Notes under the pieces: model-generated
The model's database searches: none
Told to the model about the DNA's origin: nothing
What the model saw: only the letters and a program-made list of their open reading frames with translations
Made by a program: the position numbers and the translations under genes
Shown: piece after piece, positions 53,347-61,745 of the stretch
Layout: each line of letters starts with the position of its first letter
Position numbering within the stretch: the stretch's first letter is position 1
Assembly: GCA_016188455.1 (NCBI GenBank)
Contig: JACPHR010000018.1
Location: 5,079 to 69,078 of the forward strand
Source: Candidatus Tayloriibacteriota bacterium
GTDB taxonomy: Bacteria > Patescibacteriota > Minisyncoccia > Phycocordibacterales > SIBU01
Direction: 5' to 3'
DNA length: 64,000 nt

Positions 53347-54042
53347 ATGAACTACTATGAAAGTTTGGTTGCTAAATTGGCGCCGCTCTATCGTCCGCCC
53401 CATGTGATAGGCGGTCATACAGAAGTTCATGTGAGGGGCGTGGAAAAGCTCGGGGAAAAGATTTTGCCGCGCATGAGAGAGGTGGACCCGGCGGAGTATC
53501 GGGTCGCGGCATGGCTCCACAATCTTGACCGGTGTCTCGCTCTGGAAGCAGAGATAGCGAGTTCGGGTGGGTTTGCTTCCCACCTTCAATGGTTTCTCCA
53601 AGACAGCCCTTTTGATGGAGCCGGTCGGGAGAGAATCATTGATGCTGTCCTTCAACATGGCAAAAAGGATGACGACCCGATGAATGACTCACCGCTCCTA
53701 ACGGCCATTCGCATCGCCGATAAGTTGGACCGGTTAACGCCGCTCAACATCATGGCCGGCCCCACCGGTAGAAGCGATCTTCCGTCCTATGACGCGGACC
53801 AGCCGTTCGGTTACCAGACAAACAAACCGTGCCACCTGAAATTCTTCCTTTGGAACGTTGAGTGGTACGGTATGCTCCCGTACGACTGGGCTCGTGAACT
53901 GGTGGACAAGAACTTCTTCCGTCTGTTTCTTTCGTTTCTGCGAGAGCTCGGCCACGATATCGCGGAGCGGCACGGCATTGAGAACAGAATTGAGGACGAC
54001 ATCAGGACGGCTCTAGGTCGCCACTACGAAAAGTGGCGCTGA
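53347..54042 (+). CDS. HD-domain-like protein (stand-alone cassette)
   Basis: GHTEVHV, AAWLHNLDRC, AVLQH, IADKLDR; GAAAGG SD; paralog of 20134-20893. Confidence 0.75.
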   Translation: MNYYESLVAKLAPLYRPPHVIGGHTEVHVRGVEKLGEKILPRMREVDPAEYRVAAWLHNLDRCLALEAEIASSGGFASHLQWFLQDSPFDGAGRERIIDAVLQHGKKDDDPMNDSPLLTAIRIADKLDRLTPLNIMAGPTGRSDLPSYDADQPFGYQTNKPCHLKFFLWNVEWYGMLPYDWARELVDKNFFRLFLSFLRELGHDIAERHGIENRIEDDIRTALGRHYEKWR

Positions 54043-54059
54043 GCCAGCAGTTTATCCAG

Positions 54060-54093
54060 AGCGCGCGACTTAGGGTTGCGCGCTTTTTCTTTT
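54060..54093 (+). terminator. Intrinsic terminator
   Basis: AGCGCGCGAC/GTTGCGCGCT plus T-tract. Confidence 0.7.
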
Positions 54094-54100
54094 CGCCAGT

Positions 54101-54161
54101 TTTCTCTATTCTCTATTTTCTATTCTCTACTCTACTCTCTATTCTCTACCCTCTATTTTCT
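54101..54161. repeat. 7-mer array (TCTATTY)n containing the stop codon of 54153-55073
   Basis: tctattc tctattt tctattc tctactc... units. Confidence 0.75.
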
Positions 54162-55073
54162 AACTTTCGGATAATTTTCCACAAACCAATTAACGGTCTG
54201 CTCTATGCCTCCGTCAACCGGAGTAAACTTAAAATCCGGCAGGTACTTTTTCAGTTTCGTTCCGTCCGACGGTTTGCGGAACTGGCCGTCGGGTTTAGAG
54301 CCGTCAAAAACGATTTTGCCCGTGAACCCCATTTTTTTGGCGATGACGAGGACGAGGTCGCGTATGGAGGTTTCAATACCGGAGGTAAATATGATCGGCG
54401 CTGACTCTTTGTAATTATCAAGCATCCACAGCGCCAGTTTGGCAATGTCATCCGTCAACACCAGTTCGCGCAAAGGTTTGCCGCTGCCCCAGACGACCAG
54501 GTCCGTATTATTTTTCTTGGCCAGGTAGCATTTATGGATGAGAGATGGCACCACGTGGCCGTCCGTGAAATTAAAATTATCATTCGGGCCGTAGATGTTT
54601 GTGGGAATGGCGATAATGTAATTGCAGCCCCACTCGCTGTTATAGGCGCTGCTTTGCACTTCAAGCATCCTTTTGGCGTAGGCATAGCCGAAATTTGAAG
54701 GATGAGGCGGGCCGTTATGCAGGTCTTTTTCGTTGAGCGGGTAGGGGCACTTGTCGGGGAAGACGCAGGTGGACATGAAAGAAATCAGTTTTTTGACGCC
54801 GGTCAATCGCGCCGCTTCCAAGACGTTGATGTTTATCATGATGTTGTTGCGGAAGTATTCCCCGGAGTGAATCATGTTGCCGCCGATGCCGCCCACTTGG
54901 GCGGCCAGATGAATCACTTTCGCCGGCCGGTGCTTTTTGAAGAGCTTCACGGTTTGGTTAAAATCGGTCAAGTCGCCGTCTTTCCGAGAAAGAAAAACCA
55001 TATTTGGCAGACCCAATCTTTTAATGGCCGAACCGATAAGGCCGCTGCCTCCCGTGACTAATGTTATAGACAT
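54153..55073 (-). CDS. GDP-L-fucose synthase-like protein
   Basis: GGSGLIG, HLAAQVGGI, YAYAKR, PTNIYGPNDNF, HVVPSLI, WGSGKPLRE, KPDGQ. Confidence 0.88.
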   Translation of the reverse strand: MSITLVTGGSGLIGSAIKRLGLPNMVFLSRKDGDLTDFNQTVKLFKKHRPAKVIHLAAQVGGIGGNMIHSGEYFRNNIMININVLEAARLTGVKKLISFMSTCVFPDKCPYPLNEKDLHNGPPHPSNFGYAYAKRMLEVQSSAYNSEWGCNYIIAIPTNIYGPNDNFNFTDGHVVPSLIHKCYLAKKNNTDLVVWGSGKPLRELVLTDDIAKLALWMLDNYKESAPIIFTSGIETSIRDLVLVIAKKMGFTGKIVFDGSKPDGQFRKPSDGTKLKKYLPDFKFTPVDGGIEQTVNWFVENYPKVRK

Positions 55074-55248
55074 AGATAATAGATGTTAGAAAACAGATAA
55101 TAGACGGTAGAAATTAGAGAATAGAAAATAGAGATTAGACTTTTTAAGAAATTGCCTTGATAAATTTGTTAAGCATTTTCGTAATTATTAGTTTTCATTT
55201 CTTTCTGTGTTCTATTTTCTATTCTCTACTCTCTATTTTCTATTCTCT
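55074..55248. mobile_element. Inverted 7-mer arrays enclosing a putative deleted four-helix-bundle gene
   Basis: (RAATAGA)n 55074-55139 and (TCTATTY)n 55199-55248; between them MKTNNY.. fused to MLNKFIKAIS* on the minus strand. Confidence 0.6.
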
Positions 55249-56266
55249 CATATAAGATTTTTTGCCACTCTACAGTGCGAGAGAGTCCCTCGTCAAGCGG
55301 CACATAATCGGTTTTCTTGAATTCATTTTTCACTCTCGTCATATCTAGTTGGGTATCAAGTGGCGCGCCCGCTCCCAAGTTCTCTGATCTTGAAACCGCC
55401 GGAAAAACCACCGGCACCTTGAGCAATTTGCCGATTTTCTTCGCTAAGTCAGCAATGGTGATGGTTCCCGCGCCGCCGACATTGTAAATTGGTTCTTTGC
55501 CGAAAAGCAGTATCCGCCAGAGAATTTCCACGGCGTCGCTTACATAACAGTAGGTTCTTTTAACCTCACCATGATCCAGGAGCGTTAATTTGCCCCGCAG
55601 AGCTTTTTCAATGAAAGCATTGATAACCCGCTTGTCTCCCGGTTTCGTGCCGGGACCGTAGGCTAACGATAGCCGCGCCGATTTTGCGTCAACGGCTTGG
55701 GCTCTTTCGGCGTTGACGATGGCCTCTCCGCATCTTTTGCCCTCAATGTAGCAAGCTCTCGGGTGCGCGGTGTTTGTCGTGCCTATCATGTCCTCCCCGT
55801 AGGGGGTCGTCTCCAATCCGCTGTAGACTTCGCTGGTGCTCATAAAAAGGAACTTGCCGCCCTTCTTTAATTTTTGAAAGAGAGCGATGGTCACTGTCGT
55901 GTTAAGCCCCATGGTTTTTAGGGGATTCTCCAGAAATTTCCCGGGTTGGCCGTAGCCGGCGGCATGGATAATATAATCCGCTTGGGGCAGTGAGGCCATC
56001 AGTTTCGCATTGGTCAAATCGCCCTGTACGAAGCCCACATTTTCTCCAAAATAAGAAAGATATTCGGGAAATTTATTTTGCACGACGGCGACGATATCCA
56101 TCTTCACGCCTTTGTTCCGCAGCTCTCTTAAAGTTGCCAAAAAATACGTGCCAATGAGCCCGGACGCGCCAGTCAAGAGTATGGTTTTGCCGTCAAGTTC
56201 GCGAAAATCAATCTTCGGCAAGATTTCCAAAACGTCATTTTTAATTATGGTCGCAAGCTCATTCAT
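55226..56266 (-). CDS. NAD-dependent epimerase/decarboxylase (UXS-like)
   Basis: TGASGLIG, STSEVY, PRACYIEGKR, YGPG, RTYCYV. Confidence 0.85.
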   Translation of the reverse strand: MNELATIIKNDVLEILPKIDFRELDGKTILLTGASGLIGTYFLATLRELRNKGVKMDIVAVVQNKFPEYLSYFGENVGFVQGDLTNAKLMASLPQADYIIHAAGYGQPGKFLENPLKTMGLNTTVTIALFQKLKKGGKFLFMSTSEVYSGLETTPYGEDMIGTTNTAHPRACYIEGKRCGEAIVNAERAQAVDAKSARLSLAYGPGTKPGDKRVINAFIEKALRGKLTLLDHGEVKRTYCYVSDAVEILWRILLFGKEPIYNVGGAGTITIADLAKKIGKLLKVPVVFPAVSRSENLGAGAPLDTQLDMTRVKNEFKKTDYVPLDEGLSRTVEWQKILYERIENRE

Positions 56267-57147
56267 TGCAATAATTTTCTCAAGCGGCGGCGGATAGATG
56301 AAGCGGTGATTGCCATACGTTCGTCATGCTCTTCCGCCTTGCCGTAGTTGAGAATAAATTTTCGAGGTACTCCCGCCGTTTCAACAACCAGAGGGCGAGG
56401 TTTCAGCGCGGCCGTGACTTCGTTCGTTAAACCGCCTTCGTAATAGGGCTCACAGAGTAAAACCTTTGCCGACGGGCAATTGTTTCTCAAGGTCTCTCCG
56501 TCAAAAGGAGCGACGGTCGTGTAATAAAGCACCGTCACGTCTTCGCCTTTAGAGGCTTCAAGCGCGCTCTTAAGCGCCGGACCAACGGCGATGACCGTGG
56601 CCTGCCTGCCTTTTTTTACCACCTGGGCCTTGCCGAATCTGACCTTATAACTTTCGGCGTTTTCTTTTTCCGAGAGCCGGTAGTATGTCGGGTGGCCGTT
56701 GCCGTAGGCTTGCCTGAAAAGAGCGTCAAATTCGGCGGCGGTTCCCGGCACCACTATCTCCATCCCGGGGATATTCTGGAGGAGGCCGACATCCCCCGGG
56801 CAGTGGTGTGTTGGGCCGAGGGCGGCGTAATCGTAGGATGCTCCGATGCTGACAAAATTGCCTCCGAGTTTTTGATAGCCGAAGTCGTCTTTCAATTGCT
56901 CAAAAGAGCGTTCTACCAAGAAAGTGGCGATGGTGTGGACTACCGGAATAAATCCCGTCATGGCCAATCCCGCCGCCGCGCCTATCGTGGATTGTTCCAA
57001 AATTCCTATATTGTAAATTCTCTCGGGGAACTCCTTGAATGATTTTCGAAGAGCGAACACACTGATGTCGCCTAGGAGTACGACAAGACGCTCGTCGCTC
57101 GCCAGCAAGCTTTCAGTGGTTTGAACGAATTGTCTTCTCATGCTCAT
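56263..57147 (-). CDS. Transketolase C-terminal subunit
   Basis: NIGILEQ, AGLA, EQLK, GPTH, YYRL. Confidence 0.88.
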   Translation of the reverse strand: MSMRRQFVQTTESLLASDERLVVLLGDISVFALRKSFKEFPERIYNIGILEQSTIGAAAGLAMTGFIPVVHTIATFLVERSFEQLKDDFGYQKLGGNFVSIGASYDYAALGPTHHCPGDVGLLQNIPGMEIVVPGTAAEFDALFRQAYGNGHPTYYRLSEKENAESYKVRFGKAQVVKKGRQATVIAVGPALKSALEASKGEDVTVLYYTTVAPFDGETLRNNCPSAKVLLCEPYYEGGLTNEVTAALKPRPLVVETAGVPRKFILNYGKAEEHDERMAITASSIRRRLRKLLQ

Positions 57148-57150
57148 GTT

Positions 57151-57281
57151 TCAAATGTAAAATGTAAACATCAAAATGGAAAATGACATATTGCAATATT
57201 AAAAATTTTGAGAGGTCTTAAATTATTTGATTTTGAATTTTGCATTGTCATTTTAATCTTTGATTTTTTAATTTTCAATTT
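57151..57281. repeat. AT-rich inverted short-period arrays between the transketolase subunits
   Basis: AAAATGACATATTGCAATATTAAAAAT vs ATTTTGAATTTTGCATTGTCATTTT. Confidence 0.6.
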
Positions 57282-57282
57282 A

Positions 57283-58062
57283 TCATGACGGGGAAAGTTC
57301 TTTTAAGATAATTTCCAGTTCTTCCCTGTTGGGCGCTTTGTGGTGCCAGGCCGGATTGTTTTCCATGATTTTTGAGCCGCGGCCTTTAATTGTCTCGGCG
57401 ATTACGGCCAAGGGCTTGCCGAGGTGTTTCGTTCTCAAGGCTTTTTCAATCGCTTTGTGGTCGTGGCCGTCTACCGAGACGCTCGTCCAGCCGAAAGCTT
57501 CAAACTTAGTCCTAAGGTCTCCGAGGCGAAGCGCCCGGTCGGTGGAATGATTGTAGTCCAGGATAAGCGAGAGGTTGTCCAGCTTGTGGTGGGCCGCCAA
57601 GAGCGCCGATTCCCAGACGGCGCCTTCGTTGGCCTCGCCGTCGCCGATAAGCACGAAGACGCGGGAGGGAAAGTGCTTAATCTTGAGCCCTAAAGCGTTG
57701 CCTACCGCCATGGGAAAGCCGTGACCCAGAGAGCCAGTGGAGGCTTCGGCGCCCGGCACTTTGTTTCTGTCCGGATGGCCGCCGAGACGGCTTTCAAAAT
57801 CACAGTATTTTTTCAACCACTCGCCGCTGAAGAAACCCTTTTCGGCCAAAACGGCGTAGAGGGCGAGCGACGCTTGGCCTTTGGACAGAAAGAATCTGTC
57901 CCTCCTCGGGTCGTCTGGGCGCTTCGGGTTTATGGCGAGTACCTTGTCGTAGAGGACCCAGAGGATGTCCAAAATGGAAAAATCGCTTCCGAGGTGCCCC
58001 TCGCCGGCGTGGAACGACGCCTTGACTATCAAACGTTTTAATTTGTTCAGGTTAGCTTTCAT
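57283..58062 (-). CDS. Transketolase N-terminal (TPP-binding) subunit
   Basis: GHLG, RDRFFLSKG, GHP, TGSLGHG, GDGEANEG..N. Confidence 0.9.
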   Translation of the reverse strand: MKANLNKLKRLIVKASFHAGEGHLGSDFSILDILWVLYDKVLAINPKRPDDPRRDRFFLSKGQASLALYAVLAEKGFFSGEWLKKYCDFESRLGGHPDRNKVPGAEASTGSLGHGFPMAVGNALGLKIKHFPSRVFVLIGDGEANEGAVWESALLAAHHKLDNLSLILDYNHSTDRALRLGDLRTKFEAFGWTSVSVDGHDHKAIEKALRTKHLGKPLAVIAETIKGRGSKIMENNPAWHHKAPNREELEIILKELSPS

Positions 58063-59353
58063 CGGATTGCTTGTTTTGGTCAGAGACTAATTTTAAGGTC
58101 CACCGGTTTTTTATGAAAATTTTTCCTTCCGGTTTTTCCGCCGGATGCGCCTGGTTGAAGTACGCCGACGGCCCGACGGTTACGGTTTTTTCTATGGTGT
58201 GTTTAGCGAGATAATTCATGACCGAAAAACGATTCAGGCTTAAACTGACGAAATAATTTCCCGGCATCAGCAATTTTTCCGGGAACAGCAAAGTTGCTTG
58301 GTATCTGCCCTTGGCGACCCGTTCAAGTTCCGGCTGCCAGTCGGAAGTGAAACTTCTTGTTAGCACGTCGCCAAGGGCGTTTTTTAAGTACACGCCCGCG
58401 CGGAAAAGCGAAAGGTTGGCGTGCGCCTCAAAGTCAATTTCAACGGTAAACGGCGTGTCCGCGTCCAAATGGGCCGTACGGATGTTTTTCTGGCTTACCG
58501 CGAAATCATGAAGTGTCACTTCGCCTTTAAGTTTCAACGGAAAAAGTTTTTCGTGGCCGGAGCTTTTTTCGTACTCGGCGGCCAGATAATGCCGGATAAC
58601 GTCTCTCGTCTCGCCCGCTTTGACGATTTTGCCGTGAGACAGAAGAATTGATGTGGGGCAAAGCTTTTCCACCGCTGACATATTGTGGCTGACGAAAAGA
58701 ATCGTCCGGCCGGCTTTGCCGGTGACCTCTTCCATTTTACCCAAACACTTTTTTTGAAACTCGGCGTCGCCGACGGCCAGCACTTCGTCAACCAGAAGGA
58801 TGTCGGGTTCAATGTGGGCGGCGATGGAGAAAGCCAGACGGACGTACATGCCGGTGGAATAGCGTTTGACCGGCGTATCAATGAAATCGCCGATGCCGGA
58901 GAAATCAACGATGGCGTTAAATTTCTCTCCGATTTCTTTGCGAGTCATGCCCAAGATGGCCCCGTTGAGGAAGACATTTTCGCGGCCCGACAGCTCGGGA
59001 TGAAAACCGGTGCCCACTTCCAGGAGCGAGGCCACCCGGCCGTTCAGTCTGACTTCCCCTTCGGTCGGCGGGGTGATTCGGGAGAGAATTTTCAGCAGGG
59101 TTGACTTGCCGGCGCCGTTAGCCCCGATAATGCCCACCGCTTCGCCTTTTTTGACTGAAAGGTTTATGTTTCGCAACGCCCAAAAAGTTTCCATTCGGTT
59201 TGTGCCCATGATGTTTCTGCCGATGCCCGCCAGCGCCGAGAGCGGATGTTTTAATTTTTCCGATATTACGTCGCGCAGCGCTACGTATCCCCGTTTCCTT
59301 CCGGTGATGTTATAACGTTTGCCGACGTTTTTTATTTCTATAATGGATAACAT
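58052..59353 (-). CDS. wzt: Polysaccharide ABC transporter ATPase with Wzt C-terminal domain
   Basis: GANGAGKST, TGFHPELSGREN, YSTGM, DEVLAVGD. Confidence 0.93.
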   Translation of the reverse strand: MLSIIEIKNVGKRYNITGRKRGYVALRDVISEKLKHPLSALAGIGRNIMGTNRMETFWALRNINLSVKKGEAVGIIGANGAGKSTLLKILSRITPPTEGEVRLNGRVASLLEVGTGFHPELSGRENVFLNGAILGMTRKEIGEKFNAIVDFSGIGDFIDTPVKRYSTGMYVRLAFSIAAHIEPDILLVDEVLAVGDAEFQKKCLGKMEEVTGKAGRTILFVSHNMSAVEKLCPTSILLSHGKIVKAGETRDVIRHYLAAEYEKSSGHEKLFPLKLKGEVTLHDFAVSQKNIRTAHLDADTPFTVEIDFEAHANLSLFRAGVYLKNALGDVLTRSFTSDWQPELERVAKGRYQATLLFPEKLLMPGNYFVSLSLNRFSVMNYLAKHTIEKTVTVGPSAYFNQAHPAEKPEGKIFIKNRWTLKLVSDQNKQSDES

Positions 59354-59893
59354 ACGAAAATTATAAGATACGAAAACTATGCGAATGGCTACGAAATGAT
59401 ACGAAAATTGCGGGGTACGAATTTGCTAATGCAGAAAATGATTATCAATATGGATGATTCTTACGGGTTTTAAAAATTTTTGTCTGAAGTTTGCAAGCAT
59501 GCCGAGTTTTAAATCGGTTTGTTGAAGATAGTTTTGCACTTGTCTATAATTATCTTTAGTGATAAAACGCGCGGATTTTATCTCTAAAATGATTTTTCCT
59601 TCAATAACAAAATCAAGAATGTTTCCGGTGCCGGCTATGGAAACTTCTCTTTCAAATTTTATGCCTTCTCTCAGTAATTTTTCCGCAATAGCATTCCCAT
59701 ACTGTTTTTCTCGAGCGAAACAACCGAGCTCTCTGTGGACTTTGAATAATACGCCATTCAAATCATAAGACAGTTTGGGATATATGACTTGGGGTCCGTA
59801 CGCGGGCTTATTTTGTTTTTTTGCTTCTGATTCCATGATTTTTTTATTTAAATTTTCGTTGTAATTCGTCATCATTCGCATAATTTTCGTATG
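59351..59893. mobile_element. GxxExxY unit with perfect 14-bp terminal inverted repeats and inward TACGAA arrays
   Basis: CATACGAAAATTAT 59351-59364 / ATAATTTTCGTATG 59880-59893; sits exactly between the wzm stop and the wzt ATG. Confidence 0.75.
59426..59836 (-). CDS. GxxExxY protein (PD-(D/E)XK nuclease-like)
   Basis: VHRELGCFAREKQY, DFVIEGKIILEIKS, QVQNYL, GMLANF. Confidence 0.9.
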   Translation of the reverse strand: MESEAKKQNKPAYGPQVIYPKLSYDLNGVLFKVHRELGCFAREKQYGNAIAEKLLREGIKFEREVSIAGTGNILDFVIEGKIILEIKSARFITKDNYRQVQNYLQQTDLKLGMLANFRQKFLKPVRIIHIDNHFLH

Positions 59894-60709
59894 TTACACG
59901 ATGTCCGCGAAATACCGTTCGGTTTTTTTGAAAAAGAAAATGCCAGCGGCCAAAAGCGCCAGGGCGGCCAAGGAGGAAATCGCCAGCGACTGCCAGCCTA
60001 TCGGTCCCGTGCCCAAGAGCCCCGCCCGGGCGGCTTTGATGACGCCGGTCATGGGATTAAAAGAGAGCAGCCAAGCGTATTTGCCGGCGATGCTTGAGGG
60101 GTAAATGACCGGCGTGAGGAAAAGCAGCAGTTGCATGAAGAAAGGCAATACGTAGCGCACATCGCGGTATTTGACGTTTATGGAGGCTAGTATCAATCCC
60201 GCGCCCACCGCCGTGGCGGAGGTGATAATCAAGAGAATCGGTATAAGCGCTATCCCGGAGAATCGCGGCGCGTAGCCGTAGTGGAACATGAGGAAGATTA
60301 AAGCCAGGCTGGCGAAAAAAAGGTCAACGAATTTGTTGGCGGTGTCGGCCAGCGGCAGAATGATTCGCGGGAAATAAACTTTGGTGACGATGGCGGCATT
60401 GCCGATGAGCGAGTTGCTGGTATCGCTCAAGGCGCTCGCGAACAGTTGCCAGAATAAGAGGCCGGTATAGACGAAGATGGGGTAGGGAATGCCGTCCGAC
60501 GGCACCTTGATCAGTTTTCCGAAGAACACGCTGAACACCACCATGGTCATAAACGGCTGGAAAATGGCCCAGCCGATGCCGACAATGGTTTGTTTGTAGC
60601 GCACCTTGATGTCGCGCCAAACGAAAAAGTACAGCAGTTCTTTGTAGCGCCAGATTTCCCTCAAGTCTTCAAGGCTGAAGGTTTTTTTTGGTTTTATTAC
60701 AGTTACCAT
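59894..60709 (-). CDS. wzm: Polysaccharide ABC transporter permease
   Basis: RDIKVRYKQT, KVYFPR, YRDV, TPVIYP, NPM. Confidence 0.93.
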   Translation of the reverse strand: MVTVIKPKKTFSLEDLREIWRYKELLYFFVWRDIKVRYKQTIVGIGWAIFQPFMTMVVFSVFFGKLIKVPSDGIPYPIFVYTGLLFWQLFASALSDTSNSLIGNAAIVTKVYFPRIILPLADTANKFVDLFFASLALIFLMFHYGYAPRFSGIALIPILLIITSATAVGAGLILASINVKYRDVRYVLPFFMQLLLFLTPVIYPSSIAGKYAWLLSFNPMTGVIKAARAGLLGTGPIGWQSLAISSLAALALLAAGIFFFKKTERYFADIV

Positions 60710-60766
60710 ACGAAAATTATACGATACGAAAACTATGCGAATAATTACGAATGATTACGAAAATTT
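60707..60766. repeat. Solo copy of the GxxExxY terminal array at the wzm start codon
   Basis: CATACGAAAATTATACGATACGAAAACTATGCGAAT matches 59351-59386 at 35 of 36 positions. Confidence 0.85.
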
Positions 60767-60815
60767 AAGAAATGAAAAAGAAATGAAAAGGATATAATAT
60801 TGGCGGTACTGGTAT

Positions 60816-61745
60816 TTATTTATTTTGTTTATACCACTTATAGGTGGACCGGACACCCTCTTCAAGCGGGATTTGGTGGCGCCAGCCCAGAGCGTGAATT
60901 TTTGAGACGTCAAGCCGTTTCCGGGGCATGCCGTCCGGGTTTTTCCCGTCCCAGACGACCCGGCCCTTAAAGCCCACGATTTTTTTTATCAGTTGGGCCA
61001 GTGCTTTGATGGAAATATCTTCCCCGGTGCCGACATTTATAATTTCGCTCCGGTTGTAATGCTCCATCAGAAAAACGGCGGCATCGGCGAAATCGTCAAC
61101 ATGGAGAAATTCCCGCCGCGCCACGCCGGTTCCCCAGAGGGTCAATGCTTTTTTGCCGGTTTTTTTCGCTTCATGAAATTTGCGGATGAGCGCCGGCAGA
61201 ACATGAGAGTTTTTAAGGTCAAAATTGTCATTCGGGCCGTACATATTTGTCGGCATGGCTGAAATAAAATTGGTGCCGTATTCCTCGTTATAGGACTGGC
61301 AGCTAATAATGCCGGCGATTTTGGCGATGGCGTATGCCCTGTTGGTCGGTTCCAGCGGACCGGAGAGGAAGTACTCTTCCTTAATCGGTTGCGGCGAGAG
61401 GCGGGGATAGATGCATGAACTGCCCAGGAACAGCAATTTTTTGATGCCGCTTACGTAGGAATTCTCTATGACATTTGACTGCACGACCAGATTTTCATGG
61501 ATAAACTCGGCCGGGTAATTTTTATTTGACATAATGCCCCCCACTTTGGCCGCGGCGAGAAAGACGTACTCCGGCTTTTCTTTTTTAAAAAAATCGGCCA
61601 CTTTTTTTTGGTCCAAAAGCTCCAGTTCGTCTCGGGTTCTAAGCGTCAGGTTCCCGAAGCCGCGCGCTTTAAGCGCCCGAACGATAGCGGACCCCACCAG
61701 CCCGCGGTGACCGGCAACGTAAACTTTTGAATGCTTCTTCATCAT
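60816..61745 (-). CDS. fcl: GDP-L-fucose synthase
   Basis: GHRGLVGSA, AAAKVGGI, GSSCIYP, YAIAK, PTNMYGPNDNF, SHVLPAL; follows gmd. Confidence 0.93.
   Translation of the reverse strand: MMKKHSKVYVAGHRGLVGSAIVRALKARGFGNLTLRTRDELELLDQKKVADFFKKEKPEYVFLAAAKVGGIMSNKNYPAEFIHENLVVQSNVIENSYVSGIKKLLFLGSSCIYPRLSPQPIKEEYFLSGPLEPTNRAYAIAKIAGIISCQSYNEEYGTNFISAMPTNMYGPNDNFDLKNSHVLPALIRKFHEAKKTGKKALTLWGTGVARREFLHVDDFADAAVFLMEHYNRSEIINVGTGEDISIKALAQLIKKIVGFKGRVVWDGKNPDGMPRKRLDVSKIHALGWRHQIPLEEGVRSTYKWYKQNK

Noticed and set aside
11519-54093. Integron cassette array
   Set aside because: No IntI and no attC-like sites recognised; the cassettes are dispersed and carry their own promoters
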